Source: a virus. From it: DNA of 64,000 nucleotides. The notes beneath the pieces were generated by a model, which was not told the origin of the DNA, made no database searches, and saw nothing but the letters and a program-made list of their open reading frames with translations. This document shows, one piece after another, positions 37,529 to 46,674 of the stretch (positions within the stretch are counted from its first letter, which is position 1; the number at the start of each line of letters is the position of its first letter). Position numbers and translations under genes: made by a program. Where the stretch lies: the IMG/VR virus record IMGVR_UViG_3300025138_000016; one strand, written 5' to 3'.

Positions 37529-38452
37529 TTAAGATTTAGCTAAGTTTTGGAAGAACGACAATGACTCGTCGTCGGTATCCTCAGCAGAAGTGCTTAAAGG
37601 GACTTCAGCAGCTGCTGCTGTTGCTGATGGCATAGTCGGAGCTGATGCTGCTTTAGGAGCAGCGGCAAAAGACTCAGCCGGCGTATTAACAGTCTCAGTT
37701 TCACCAAGAGCTAGTACTCTATAGAGCTTAGCTTTTAGTTCATCATAGGACTTATACGTATCAGGACTAACAAATTCGTTAAGAGGGTACTCTGATTTCC
37801 AGACCGCCTCTAACTTATCATCATCATCCATCAACGCCGCTGACTCGTCAAACTCTGACTTGTCATAGTTCCTGTAACCTTCTACATTACGAATTTTCAG
37901 CTTAAAGTTTGCACCTTGCCAAAGATCAAAAGGGTTAACAGGCTTTTCATCTTCAAATTGCGGGTTCATAAGATCATTCAATTTCTCAAAGATCTTTTTA
38001 CCGTATTTGTAGAGAAACACTTTACCTTCGTTATCAGGATTACTTGGATCCTTAACAACAACGATATTAGAGTAGAAAGAAAGCCTTCTTTTTTGCTTTC
38101 TTACTAAATCTTTATTAGACTCTATCCCAGAGTTCCAGAGCATTGAATTATACTCAGAAACCGGATCTTTCTGACCAATAGTAGTAAGAGATTTCTCTAT
38201 ATACCATTGACCTTGAGGTCCTTGGAATCCATGGTCCCATACTCTAACAAAAGGTACATCCTCGTCAGCTGGAGCAGGTAGAAATCTAATAACAGCGTAA
38301 CCGTTACCAGCTTTATCTACAGTAGGCTTCCAGATCCTGTCGTCGGGACCGTTTTGCTTGTTCTGGGTATTTGAATCAAGCTTAGTGAGGGCTTCAGTAA
38401 GCTTATCTAACTCGGCAGCCGAGTTGCTTTTTAATGCGCTAAATGACGTCAT
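37529..38452 (-). CDS. gp32: Single-stranded DNA binding protein
   Basis: DKAGNGYAVIRFLP, YKYGKKIF, GANFKLK, NYDKSEF, acidic tail. Confidence 0.97.
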   Translation of the reverse strand: MTSFSALKSNSAAELDKLTEALTKLDSNTQNKQNGPDDRIWKPTVDKAGNGYAVIRFLPAPADEDVPFVRVWDHGFQGPQGQWYIEKSLTTIGQKDPVSEYNSMLWNSGIESNKDLVRKQKRRLSFYSNIVVVKDPSNPDNEGKVFLYKYGKKIFEKLNDLMNPQFEDEKPVNPFDLWQGANFKLKIRNVEGYRNYDKSEFDESAALMDDDDKLEAVWKSEYPLNEFVSPDTYKSYDELKAKLYRVLALGETETVNTPAESFAAAPKAASAPTMPSATAAAAEVPLSTSAEDTDDESLSFFQNLAKS

Positions 38453-38484
38453 ATTTTCTCCTATATTTGCGTTTTATTTGCGGT

Positions 38485-39075
38485 TTATTCACTTTTATCA
38501 TAATCAAAATATTCTAAAGTAATAGCTTTCATCTTATCCGTATTAATAGATAAGAACGGCTTATACTTCTTTATTATAGTATACTTATCGCTCCAGATCA
38601 AGTCTTTTTCAAGAAACTTATTCCAGGGCGTACTATAATTCACGAGCATATCTAGTATGCACATTGTCTCAATACAAACATCGCCTCTTAAATATAATCT
38701 CAGCAAATGCGGATGACCATATTTTTCGTTACGAAAGTTCGAATCGAAATCATCATTAAGTTTCGTTAAATCATTCTTAAAAGTATAAGTTAACGACTCT
38801 TGTCTCTTTTTCCAATCTCTATAAACTTCTTCAGGACCAGAATCTCTCATGGTACCAACCCAGAAGTCTTTTCCACCGTCTAATAAATTAGCAAGTAAAA
38901 AGTTCTGTACGTCTTTATGCTTAGATAGCTTATAGAAAAAGTATTTATCTTTACGGATCTCAAAGGACGACTCTTTAGCCCTTACTTTACCACCATATGT
39001 AAAGAAGTCATAATTCTTTTGAGTAAAGTGGTTTTTAAGCGCTATGTATTTAGTATAGACTTGATAAGGTGTCAT
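38485..39075 (-). CDS. gp59: Helicase loader
   Basis: Start at 39075 (ATGA overlap); YIALKNHF..YDFFTYGGK, RKDKYFFYKLS. Confidence 0.9.
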   Translation of the reverse strand: MTPYQVYTKYIALKNHFTQKNYDFFTYGGKVRAKESSFEIRKDKYFFYKLSKHKDVQNFLLANLLDGGKDFWVGTMRDSGPEEVYRDWKKRQESLTYTFKNDLTKLNDDFDSNFRNEKYGHPHLLRLYLRGDVCIETMCILDMLVNYSTPWNKFLEKDLIWSDKYTIIKKYKPFLSINTDKMKAITLEYFDYDKSE

Positions 39076-39767
39076 TGTCCAGTTTTTATATTGTCCGCGT
39101 AGTGCATGTTCCATTCTTTATGTTTATCTCCATCAGTAACCCATATTATAAGAGCATATCTTACACCTTCACCAGTAACGGGCTCGACACTATGAAAAGT
39201 ATCTGATGTAAACATACACATATCGCCTTTATCTAGATCGACAGGAGTCTTCTTACCGTCACCTGCATCTATCGTAAAGTCTCCATTATTATATTCTCTT
39301 TTGTTGTTAAGTGCAACTGATATTGATATAACTCTACCTGGTCTGGTATTGCTTAAGAATATTTCTTCAGGGGTTTTATTGGAGTTAAATTTAAAAAAGC
39401 TAAGAGTATCTTGATGCCATTCAAATTTACCTTTAGATTTACCGAGATATCTATTAATTGACCATGACTCATCAAAACACCAAGAATTGACACTGGTAGT
39501 TTCAGACCAGTCATCATGCAGTACTCTTCTTAGTTTTTCTGTGAAATGTTGAGGTACATGGTGAATATCTACTATTAATGCATCGGCAATACGTGATTGA
39601 TCACCGGCTAGGTACCGTGCATCGGCCTCAGGTGTGTTACCACTTAAAGCTTCATCGTATCCACGACTAGTTGTCTTTTGAACTTGCCAATTATTATTGA
39701 CACCAAACATTTCAAAAAGATCATCAACTTCATCTTCAGACCAAAATTGACGGTATACCTTATGCAT
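39072..39767 (-). CDS. 2OG-Fe(II) oxygenase (PKHD type)
   Basis: WHQD ... ISISVALN ... FHSVEPVT..RYALIIW. Confidence 0.85.
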   Translation of the reverse strand: MHKVYRQFWSEDEVDDLFEMFGVNNNWQVQKTTSRGYDEALSGNTPEADARYLAGDQSRIADALIVDIHHVPQHFTEKLRRVLHDDWSETTSVNSWCFDESWSINRYLGKSKGKFEWHQDTLSFFKFNSNKTPEEIFLSNTRPGRVISISVALNNKREYNNGDFTIDAGDGKKTPVDLDKGDMCMFTSDTFHSVEPVTGEGVRYALIIWVTDGDKHKEWNMHYADNIKTGQ

Positions 39768-39769
39768 AA

Positions 39770-40027
39770 TTAAATCGGTAACTTAGCACCTGTAGTTGGT
39801 TTTAATAATCTGGTTTCTTCTGACTCAGCGGCTAGCTTTGCTTTAAGAACATGACTAGTCTTAACGAGACTAGCTACTGTATCTATTTCTACGTTGTTCT
39901 TTTCTGCAAAGTGAACCATTGCATCAAGATAATCAGAGCCCGTCCTTGCGACGAACTCTTCTATCAATAGTGTGAAGTTTTTTGTATTGAGGGTTTCCTC
40001 AACAGCTTTTTTAGCTTTCGCTGACAT
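39770..40027 (-). CDS. gp33: Late transcription coactivator
   Basis: IEEFV...YLDAMVHF.E.NNVEID..ASLV...LKAKL...KLPI; upstream of gp59. Confidence 0.85.
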   Translation of the reverse strand: MSAKAKKAVEETLNTKNFTLLIEEFVARTGSDYLDAMVHFAEKNNVEIDTVASLVKTSHVLKAKLAAESEETRLLKPTTGAKLPI

Positions 40028-40041
40028 AATATACCTTTTAA

Positions 40042-40494
40042 TTAAGAGTCAATCGTTCTAATTCTTTCGATTAGTCTTCCTGCTCTAGGTCCCACTTGTG
40101 TGAACCATTTTGAATCTTTCATTTCAATACCAGCTGTTACCCATTCCTTGGCTTCTAAAGCGGCAAGAGCTTTCTTAAACTTTAAGAGTCTTCCCATACC
40201 AAGATTGAACATCATATTAACTAATACTTCTTGAACTACGAAATGCATGTCATCCCATTTATCAAAAGCTTTTTTACAGTCTTCTAATACAATGTCAAGA
40301 TCTTGAGCAAACAGTTCATCTACTCTTTCTGCATGCACTGCATCCCCTACTTCTAAATCATGCTCAGGATCTGCTTCTAAAACAAGGTGACCAATGCCAC
40401 ATGTCTTATATCCTAAATGATCTAAATAAATTTCGCAGACAACGCCTTCGTCCTGCTTTAATTGTTGTTTTACTCGTTCTATATCAAACGCCAT
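40042..40494 (-). CDS. T4-type lysozyme (GH24) endolysin
   Basis: E-x8-D-x5-T triad in DEGVVCEIYLDHLGYKTCGIGH; NMMFNLG; SKWFTQVGPRA. Confidence 0.9.
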   Translation of the reverse strand: MAFDIERVKQQLKQDEGVVCEIYLDHLGYKTCGIGHLVLEADPEHDLEVGDAVHAERVDELFAQDLDIVLEDCKKAFDKWDDMHFVVQEVLVNMMFNLGMGRLLKFKKALAALEAKEWVTAGIEMKDSKWFTQVGPRAGRLIERIRTIDS

Positions 40495-40537
40495 TCTATG
40501 CTCCTTATAATGTAATAATTAGCTTCCTACATAAGCT

Positions 40538-40566
40538 ATTATAATGTATTTATGTTACGTAATCAA
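40538..40566 (-). promoter_or_regulatory. Sigma70-type promoter with embedded late box upstream of the lysozyme
   Basis: TTGATT-N17-TATAAT with CATAAATA in the spacer. Confidence 0.55.
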
Positions 40567-40573
40567 CCGTTAT

Positions 40574-41200
40574 TTATAAGCAATTGACTGGATATCCATC
40601 GACATGGTAATTAGCACCACCTGGAGGAAATCTACATCTCGATGTTGTATTATAAAGATAATGGTTCCTTAAAACAACTGCAGTGAGGATGAAATTGATC
40701 ATTACTATTTGACCTTCTTCAAAGTTTTGAGCTATTAGTGGAGCTGTAATTCCTTTCTGTAATAAGAACTGTGCTGCGCTAGGATTTTTCGGTAATAATC
40801 GATTACCCTCTTTTATATTTGGATGATGGGTTGTATAGTAATATGAACCACCCATATCCATCGCATTAATAATCCAGTAGTATCTCATTTGAGCTTTAGT
40901 TGGCTCATTATGTATACGTATAAATCGTAACCTTTTCTGTTTTTCCTTTAACGAGAATTCTATCAACTTCTCTGAATGCTCCATCTGGACACTGTTTATA
41001 ACACTCTTCCGATAACAGCACGTCAACCCCATCATAATTTCTCGTTTGGCCTTCCAGTCTCGCTCCGAGATTGACGGCATCTCCAATGACGGAATAGTCA
41101 AATCTAAGTTCTGAACCCATATTTCCGACGATGCATGTACCCGTGGAAATACCAATACCAATGTTAATAGGAGGAAGTTTAAGAGGTTTAAGTTCTTCAT
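40574..41200 (-). CDS. Hypothetical exported/membrane protein; start uncertain, overlaps the cyclase
   Basis: Fills 40574-40907 uniquely; long form has a signal-peptide-like N-terminus; alternative start at 40984. Confidence 0.55.
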   Translation of the reverse strand: MKNLNLLNFLLLTLVLVFPRVHASSEIWVQNLDLTIPSLEMPSISERDWKAKREIMMGLTCCYRKSVINSVQMEHSEKLIEFSLKEKQKRLRFIRIHNEPTKAQMRYYWIINAMDMGGSYYYTTHHPNIKEGNRLLPKNPSAAQFLLQKGITAPLIAQNFEEGQIVMINFILTAVVLRNHYLYNTTSRCRFPPGGANYHVDGYPVNCL

Positions 41201-42725
41201 TTAATGCCTTGGTTGCTTCAACTATTTCAATTGAAGATTTAACTGCTAGTTCTGCGTGGTTATCACAGTCAAGAGGTGCATTCCAGAATGCCATTATACA
41301 GTCGCCCATGTATTTGTCTATTGTACCTTTATTATTTAGAATAATCTTAGTTTGCATATCAAGAAACTTATTAACTAACTCAACTAAACCTTCAGGGTCA
41401 TCATTATTTTTATAGTGCTCGCTGATTGGAGTAAAGCCACATATGTCCATAAACATAAAGGTCATCTCTTTTCTCTCACCACCTAACTTTAATAATGATG
41501 GATCTTTCTGTAGCATTTTAACCATGTCAGGAGAGAGATAAGTACCAAACTGTTTCTGTATTTGTTGTCTTAATTTAAACTGGGTATAGAATTGAGCGAA
41601 AGCTCCATGAGCAAAAACGAGAAGAAAAGTTAATACTGGTATGACTGGATCAACTAAAAGGTACTTTGTATTGAATGTATCAATCGCAAATATAATAGTA
41701 CCGGAGGTTAAAACAAGAAAAGAAGCACCAGAAATAAATATTGGAGCTACTCTTAACAACCCAAGTATGAGTAAGCCAATTAATAACATACCAAGTAATT
41801 CATAAACAATATATTCAGGTGGCCTTTTAATAGTAGTACCATCTATAATTGTTTTAATTAAGTTAGCCTGCACGTCATGAGGGTACATTCCACCTACAGA
41901 TGTAGATATAATGTTAGTTCCTTCGAAAGTAGGCCCTACTATCATGATACTACCTGGAGATATAGTCTCAGCCTGTATCTCCCCAAGGCTGATGCGTTCA
42001 AAGCTGTTCCAGTACGTATTATATACTGTTCCGTCGAAAGTCGTGTTAACAGGGTTAAACTTAGGGACACGTGCCCATAATATACCTGTTTCATCGGTTT
42101 TTAACTGGTATGATATATCTCCTACTGCTACTCTTACTACTTCAAGAGCAAAACTGGGATATATCTTTTTATTAGCAGATACTACGACAGGTAACCGTCT
42201 AGTCACACCATCAACATCAGGTGCTGAGCTTATTGAACCATAACCCATAGATGCATTTGATAGCTCTTCTATCGGTAATAGTATACCAGGATAGTCAAGT
42301 GTATATTCTTGTGCTGGTATTCTTCCTAGAGTCGCTGTACCGACATGCAGCTCTCTTTCAGTTTGTATTTGATTGGTTGGTGCTGTAGATAATATAGACG
42401 GATATTGCATCAACGTCTGAGATAGTATATCATCGGTATTAAATCTATCTTTCTCAGATAGTATTAATGTTAAACCAAGAAGATTACCTTGAGGTATACC
42501 TGAAAGAGCCTCTGCTAAATCTTCTCTTGGCCAAGGCCATTGACCGTATTTTTGTATTGACTTTTCATCTATATCAACTAATATAATTTGATCTGATATT
42601 ACTTGCTCATGTGAACGCTGTAAGTAGTCAAAGAAGTTTAATCTAGTAACTTCAGCTAAAAATGGATCCCATATTTTTATACCAATACATAATATTAATG
42701 TTATGACTGCATGCCATAGCTTCAT
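40908..42725 (-). CDS. CHASE2-domain class III adenylate cyclase
   Basis: LVDIDEKS...GQWPWPR and DVDGVTRR (CHASE2); TM block; FMDICGFT, IDKYMGDCIMAF, DYSVIGDAVNLGARLE. Confidence 0.93.
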   Translation of the reverse strand: MKLWHAVITLILCIGIKIWDPFLAEVTRLNFFDYLQRSHEQVISDQIILVDIDEKSIQKYGQWPWPREDLAEALSGIPQGNLLGLTLILSEKDRFNTDDILSQTLMQYPSILSTAPTNQIQTERELHVGTATLGRIPAQEYTLDYPGILLPIEELSNASMGYGSISSAPDVDGVTRRLPVVVSANKKIYPSFALEVVRVAVGDISYQLKTDETGILWARVPKFNPVNTTFDGTVYNTYWNSFERISLGEIQAETISPGSIMIVGPTFEGTNIISTSVGGMYPHDVQANLIKTIIDGTTIKRPPEYIVYELLGMLLIGLLILGLLRVAPIFISGASFLVLTSGTIIFAIDTFNTKYLLVDPVIPVLTFLLVFAHGAFAQFYTQFKLRQQIQKQFGTYLSPDMVKMLQKDPSLLKLGGERKEMTFMFMDICGFTPISEHYKNNDDPEGLVELVNKFLDMQTKIILNNKGTIDKYMGDCIMAFWNAPLDCDNHAELAVKSSIEIVEATKALNEELKPLKLPPINIGIGISTGTCIVGNMGSELRFDYSVIGDAVNLGARLEGQTRNYDGVDVLLSEECYKQCPDGAFREVDRILVKGKTEKVTIYTYT

Positions 42726-42916
42726 GAGAATTTCTTTTGTATTTTTTTATACACGTAGTATATAGAGAGACCATAAAATGCAAGGACTGTCATTGTAAAA
42801 CCTATGTAGATAAGTTCTATTGGTGTAAGGAAGAGAACTTGCCAAACAAAATCACCTGCAGCTTCGACATCACCTAATTCAAGTTCTGATTCGTCTAAAA
42901 ATTCTTCTTCATTCAT
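42722..42916 (-). CDS. Small single-TM protein
   Basis: 64 aa, acidic N-terminus, hydrophobic core, basic tail; ATGA overlaps on both sides. Confidence 0.65.
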   Translation of the reverse strand: MNEEEFLDESELELGDVEAAGDFVWQVLFLTPIELIYIGFTMTVLAFYGLSIYYVYKKIQKKFS

Positions 42917-43611
42917 TGTTGTGTAACTGAAACACTACACCCACCTGCTGATATACAGTTCTGGGTAAGCGAGTATGTCTGACCAGTCCCACCTTGTTGT
43001 AAAAGATTAAGGGTTGTTGGATTAGATCCTGATAAGCTAATAGTTGCATTATGAGCAGATTGTCTTTGAATTACTGAAACAATATTATCATCATTATTAA
43101 TTGTAAGGTTAAGGGTTTTATTCCCATTACCTCTTTGTTCTACATATACACTATTCCCGTCACTAAAGATTAATTGATTATATGTATGAGCACCAGCTCC
43201 AAAATTTGCTTGATAACCTGATACACTATTATTATCACCATGTATATCTAGTCTAGCATAATGTCCACCGGCTTCCCATCCATCAAAAGTGAATGTAGTA
43301 TCATCAGCATTACTTAACTTACCGCCCTGACCCCACCGAATTGAATTATCAGAACCAGTTATATGCCATAGGTCAATAGTGTTTTGATATGTACCTTCGC
43401 TTGCTTGGAAAAGATGCAGTGATAGATTTGCTCCACTTAAATATGAGCCGCTATCATACATTTTAATTTCGTTGTTATAGCCTATTTGCTCTATATTCAA
43501 AGCAAAGCTATTACCACTAGTTTGTTTAATACCTATTTCATTATCAGCCTTTACGTCATACGAGATGCACATAACAAGCATTATAAAGCCTGCTATTAAT
43601 AATGGTGACAT
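42913..43611 (-). CDS. Curlin-repeat (CsgA/CsgB-like) secreted protein
   Basis: Signal peptide from Met 43611; QxGxxN repeats (EQIGYNN, EQRGNGN, LQQGGTG). Confidence 0.65.
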   Translation of the reverse strand: MSPLLIAGFIMLVMCISYDVKADNEIGIKQTSGNSFALNIEQIGYNNEIKMYDSGSYLSGANLSLHLFQASEGTYQNTIDLWHITGSDNSIRWGQGGKLSNADDTTFTFDGWEAGGHYARLDIHGDNNSVSGYQANFGAGAHTYNQLIFSDGNSVYVEQRGNGNKTLNLTINNDDNIVSVIQRQSAHNATISLSGSNPTTLNLLQQGGTGQTYSLTQNCISAGGCSVSVTQQ

Positions 43612-43624
43612 GTTTTTATTAAAG

Positions 43625-43948
43625 TTATTCAAAATTAACACTTGCTCCGCACCCACAAGATGCTACTTCCTGAGGATTAATTATTCTAACGTTTCTATTT
43701 ATACCATCTTCCACAACATCAACAGTTGATCCTTTTATCTTAGGATAAGATAGTTTATCTATTGCTACTTTAAATGTACCGAAATCTTCTCTATAATCAT
43801 CTTCTGTAATTATATTATCCCATTTAATCTCATATTCGAATCCAGTACATCCAGCTGGTTTAAGACCAATGCGTATAGTTGGTGTTGGCTTTCTAAGCTC
43901 GTCAATATACTTGAGAGCATTATCAGTAAAATCTATATCTGCTTTCAT
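43625..43948 (-). CDS. iscA: A-type Fe-S carrier (IscA/HesB family)
   Basis: GCTGFEY and C-terminal NP...SCGCGASV. Confidence 0.9.
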   Translation of the reverse strand: MKADIDFTDNALKYIDELRKPTPTIRIGLKPAGCTGFEYEIKWDNIITEDDYREDFGTFKVAIDKLSYPKIKGSTVDVVEDGINRNVRIINPQEVASCGCGASVNFE

Positions 43949-44391
43949 TTACCAGGTAATCCTGCTTCTATGTAGTCACCAATCATACTAATATCTTTAT
44001 CGGAAAGCATCGCAGCTTGTCCCCACATTAAAGATGACATTGGTCCAATCGTACCATTGTTTTTATATGTAGTCAATTTATCAGAGATCATACTTGCTGA
44101 TTGTCCTGCTAGCATTGGTCCTATACCACCGCCACCATCTGGACCATGACATGCTGAGCATCCTGCCCATATACCTCTGATGTCGCTAAATGGATCCCCT
44201 GCTGCAATCGCTTTCTTTTTTTGCTCAATCTCTACGACTGTGCCATTAAGTGCTACATACTCTGCATAACACATACCAGTACATGAACTGCTATTAGAGA
44301 ACCCTTTATATTCTATATCAGGATATATAACTGTAGAAAAAAATAATGTAAATACAATACACCCTGTTAACACTAATCCTAATTCTCTCAT
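43945..44391 (-). CDS. Membrane-anchored class I cytochrome c
   Basis: N-terminal TM helix, CSACHG heme motif, GPMLAGQ, distal Met in MSSLMWGQA. Confidence 0.88.
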   Translation of the reverse strand: MRELGLVLTGCIVFTLFFSTVIYPDIEYKGFSNSSSCTGMCYAEYVALNGTVVEIEQKKKAIAAGDPFSDIRGIWAGCSACHGPDGGGGIGPMLAGQSASMISDKLTTYKNNGTIGPMSSLMWGQAAMLSDKDISMIGDYIEAGLPGK

Positions 44392-44855
44392 TTTTCTGGT
44401 GGCCTGTTATGACCAATCATAGACTTTGCTGTATCTAGTATTGGATGGTTATAATCTTTATCGTTCTTTGTTTCGTAATCTACCATAGCTTGTCTAATAG
44501 CATCTTCTGCTAATACACTACAATGTAGTTTAATTGGAGGTAGCTGTAAGACATCTGCAATGTCTTTATCTTTAATTAACTTTGCTTCTTCAATAGTTAA
44601 TCCCATCATCATATCAACAAACAAAGATGAAGATGCAATTGCTGATCCGCAGCCGTATGTCTTAAATTTAACATCAATTATCTTTTCGTTGTCATCAAGT
44701 AGTAATTGTAGTTGCATTACATCACCGCAAGCAGGAGCTCCTGCAAGACCGGTTGCTACTTTTGGATCTTTTCTGTCTAGTGAACCAACTGAATGTTTTT
44801 TAGGGTCAGCTAGAACTGCCTCGAATCGTTTTACTACTTCGTCTGAATATGCCAT
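44388..44855 (-). CDS. iscU: Fe-S cluster scaffold
   Basis: GAPACGDVM, FKTYGCGSAIASSS, LPPIKLHCSVLAEDAI. Confidence 0.95.
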   Translation of the reverse strand: MAYSDEVVKRFEAVLADPKKHSVGSLDRKDPKVATGLAGAPACGDVMQLQLLLDDNEKIIDVKFKTYGCGSAIASSSLFVDMMMGLTIEEAKLIKDKDIADVLQLPPIKLHCSVLAEDAIRQAMVDYETKNDKDYNHPILDTAKSMIGHNRPPEK

Positions 44856-45992
44856 TTATCTTTGCCTGATTATTATTTCTATACCACTACCACTACCGAA
44901 TTGAATTACGCCTTGATATGAGTCAACTGACGTATCAATGAATCCTGAGTTACCGGCTTGTATCTGTATATTTATCTGTCCATTTACATTTCTAAAGAAT
45001 ACTAAGTCACCGTCTCTCTCAAATATATTATACTGACTATCCTTATTGAGGCCAACTGTTGCTCCTTTTAATACAAAATCACCAGCATTAGTTTCTTGTT
45101 CATCTTTTAATGATACTAATGTTTTATCTAACTCATCAAGTCCCTCTAGTAAATCTTTTAGGAAATCAACATCAAGCATATCAATATCTAATTCTGTAAA
45201 CTCTAACTCACCACTAGCATCTAAAGCGTCTTGTTCTAGTTCATTAAACTCTAAAAAGTCAACGTCTAATATTCCACCATCAGCATCTAAGTCGTCGTTG
45301 ACACTCTCTTCTATTTGCTGCTTTATTTCTTCTGGTGGACTAACAATAAACATATTATCAATCATAGAAGGTGTTACTCCCTGCAACGTAACAGTTGTCT
45401 TAGGCATGGAGTTTAATGTTGATATAGTTGTAGCTTGATAAGCTTCAGTTAATGTTATTGACCCTGCATCATTTGTTATAATAATCTCGCCTGATGAGTC
45501 ACCGTTTTCGTCCGGTAGTAGAATAATTAAACTTCTACCTATCTCATCAACCGAGGTTGTAAAATCTGTACCACGAATACCAATCGTAGCTGTTGGTGTA
45601 CTAATATCTATATTTGCTTTATTAACCATGGCTAGTTTACCAGAAGCAAACCTCGCTGTACCAAGAGCGAATCTCATAGTCATTTTTGATTTGGATGGAT
45701 CGGGATCGTATATTACTTCGTCAATATATACTTTAGTATGTTCAGTTAAAGCAAGTTCTGCCTTATCTAGAAACTCAATCAGCATACGTCCATTAGCTGT
45801 TTGAGCTGTATCATATAAACTAACATTAAAGCCAACATTCGTTGTTAATTGCTCATTGTTACGAACAATGGCTCCAATACCAGTGGACTCTACTATGTCG
45901 CCAATGGAGTCAGCAAAGCTAACCCCACTGATGAATAATAAACTAGCTGTCGCCAGCTGAGTCTTTTTGATTAATTTGAATAATCGCATCAT
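44856..45992 (-). CDS. FecR-domain secreted/periplasmic protein
   Basis: Signal peptide; TPTATIGIRGTDF FecR-family motif; acidic C-terminal region. Confidence 0.85.
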   Translation of the reverse strand: MMRLFKLIKKTQLATASLLFISGVSFADSIGDIVESTGIGAIVRNNEQLTTNVGFNVSLYDTAQTANGRMLIEFLDKAELALTEHTKVYIDEVIYDPDPSKSKMTMRFALGTARFASGKLAMVNKANIDISTPTATIGIRGTDFTTSVDEIGRSLIILLPDENGDSSGEIIITNDAGSITLTEAYQATTISTLNSMPKTTVTLQGVTPSMIDNMFIVSPPEEIKQQIEESVNDDLDADGGILDVDFLEFNELEQDALDASGELEFTELDIDMLDVDFLKDLLEGLDELDKTLVSLKDEQETNAGDFVLKGATVGLNKDSQYNIFERDGDLVFFRNVNGQINIQIQAGNSGFIDTSVDSYQGVIQFGSGSGIEIIIRQR

Positions 45993-46674
45993 TTGAAGTC
46001 ACATCAAGAACTAGGTTTGAAATAGGGTTAGCGCAAGGTGAGCCGCCAACACAAGTACCTGTTGTTTGTATTATATCTACGTTTGCATCATTACCGTCAA
46101 GGCTAAAGACGATCTTTGAATAAGCGCCGTCTTTCTGCAATGTGTTAATATCATTATCAATACCATCAATATCAACTGTGAAAGTTAAATCTGCTGCTTC
46201 CCAGTCAATATCGAACGCATTTCCGCTACCTAAAACTGTAACGTCTGCGTTCAACCTTTCTGCGGAAAAAGCGTAACCTTGATCGAGATCAAAAGTGTTA
46301 CTGTTTCCTGTCACTGTGAAATCCATATCACTGTATGTGCTAGATCCAATATACCCAATATTCCAATCGATGCTATTACTGTTACCAGTAATTATCATAT
46401 CGTATGTTGAGTTAGTCGCTACAACAGGTCCAAAAAGCTTGTTCTGGTCTCCTATCATATCAATATTAAATCCTAATGATGCACCTGTTATAGTCATATT
46501 ACTACCACCAGAACTAAAGTCATTTAGTCCGATTTTGTTACCAAAACCTAATTGGTCAATGTATAGTATTAGAGTATCACCAGTTTGCGTGATCATGATT
46601 TCATTATCATCTGCGGTTGAAGCGGAAGCGAATGCTGTCGACATTATTAAAAATAAACTAATTAGTTTTTTCAT
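45943..46674 (-). CDS. Curlin-repeat (CsgA/CsgB-like) secreted protein
   Basis: MKKLISLFLIM signal peptide; repeats TQTGDT, DQLGFGN, IGDQN, TGNSN. Confidence 0.65.
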   Translation of the reverse strand: MKKLISLFLIMSTAFASASTADDNEIMITQTGDTLILYIDQLGFGNKIGLNDFSSGGSNMTITGASLGFNIDMIGDQNKLFGPVVATNSTYDMIITGNSNSIDWNIGYIGSSTYSDMDFTVTGNSNTFDLDQGYAFSAERLNADVTVLGSGNAFDIDWEAADLTFTVDIDGIDNDINTLQKDGAYSKIVFSLDGNDANVDIIQTTGTCVGGSPCANPISNLVLDVTSNDAIIQINQKDSAGDS

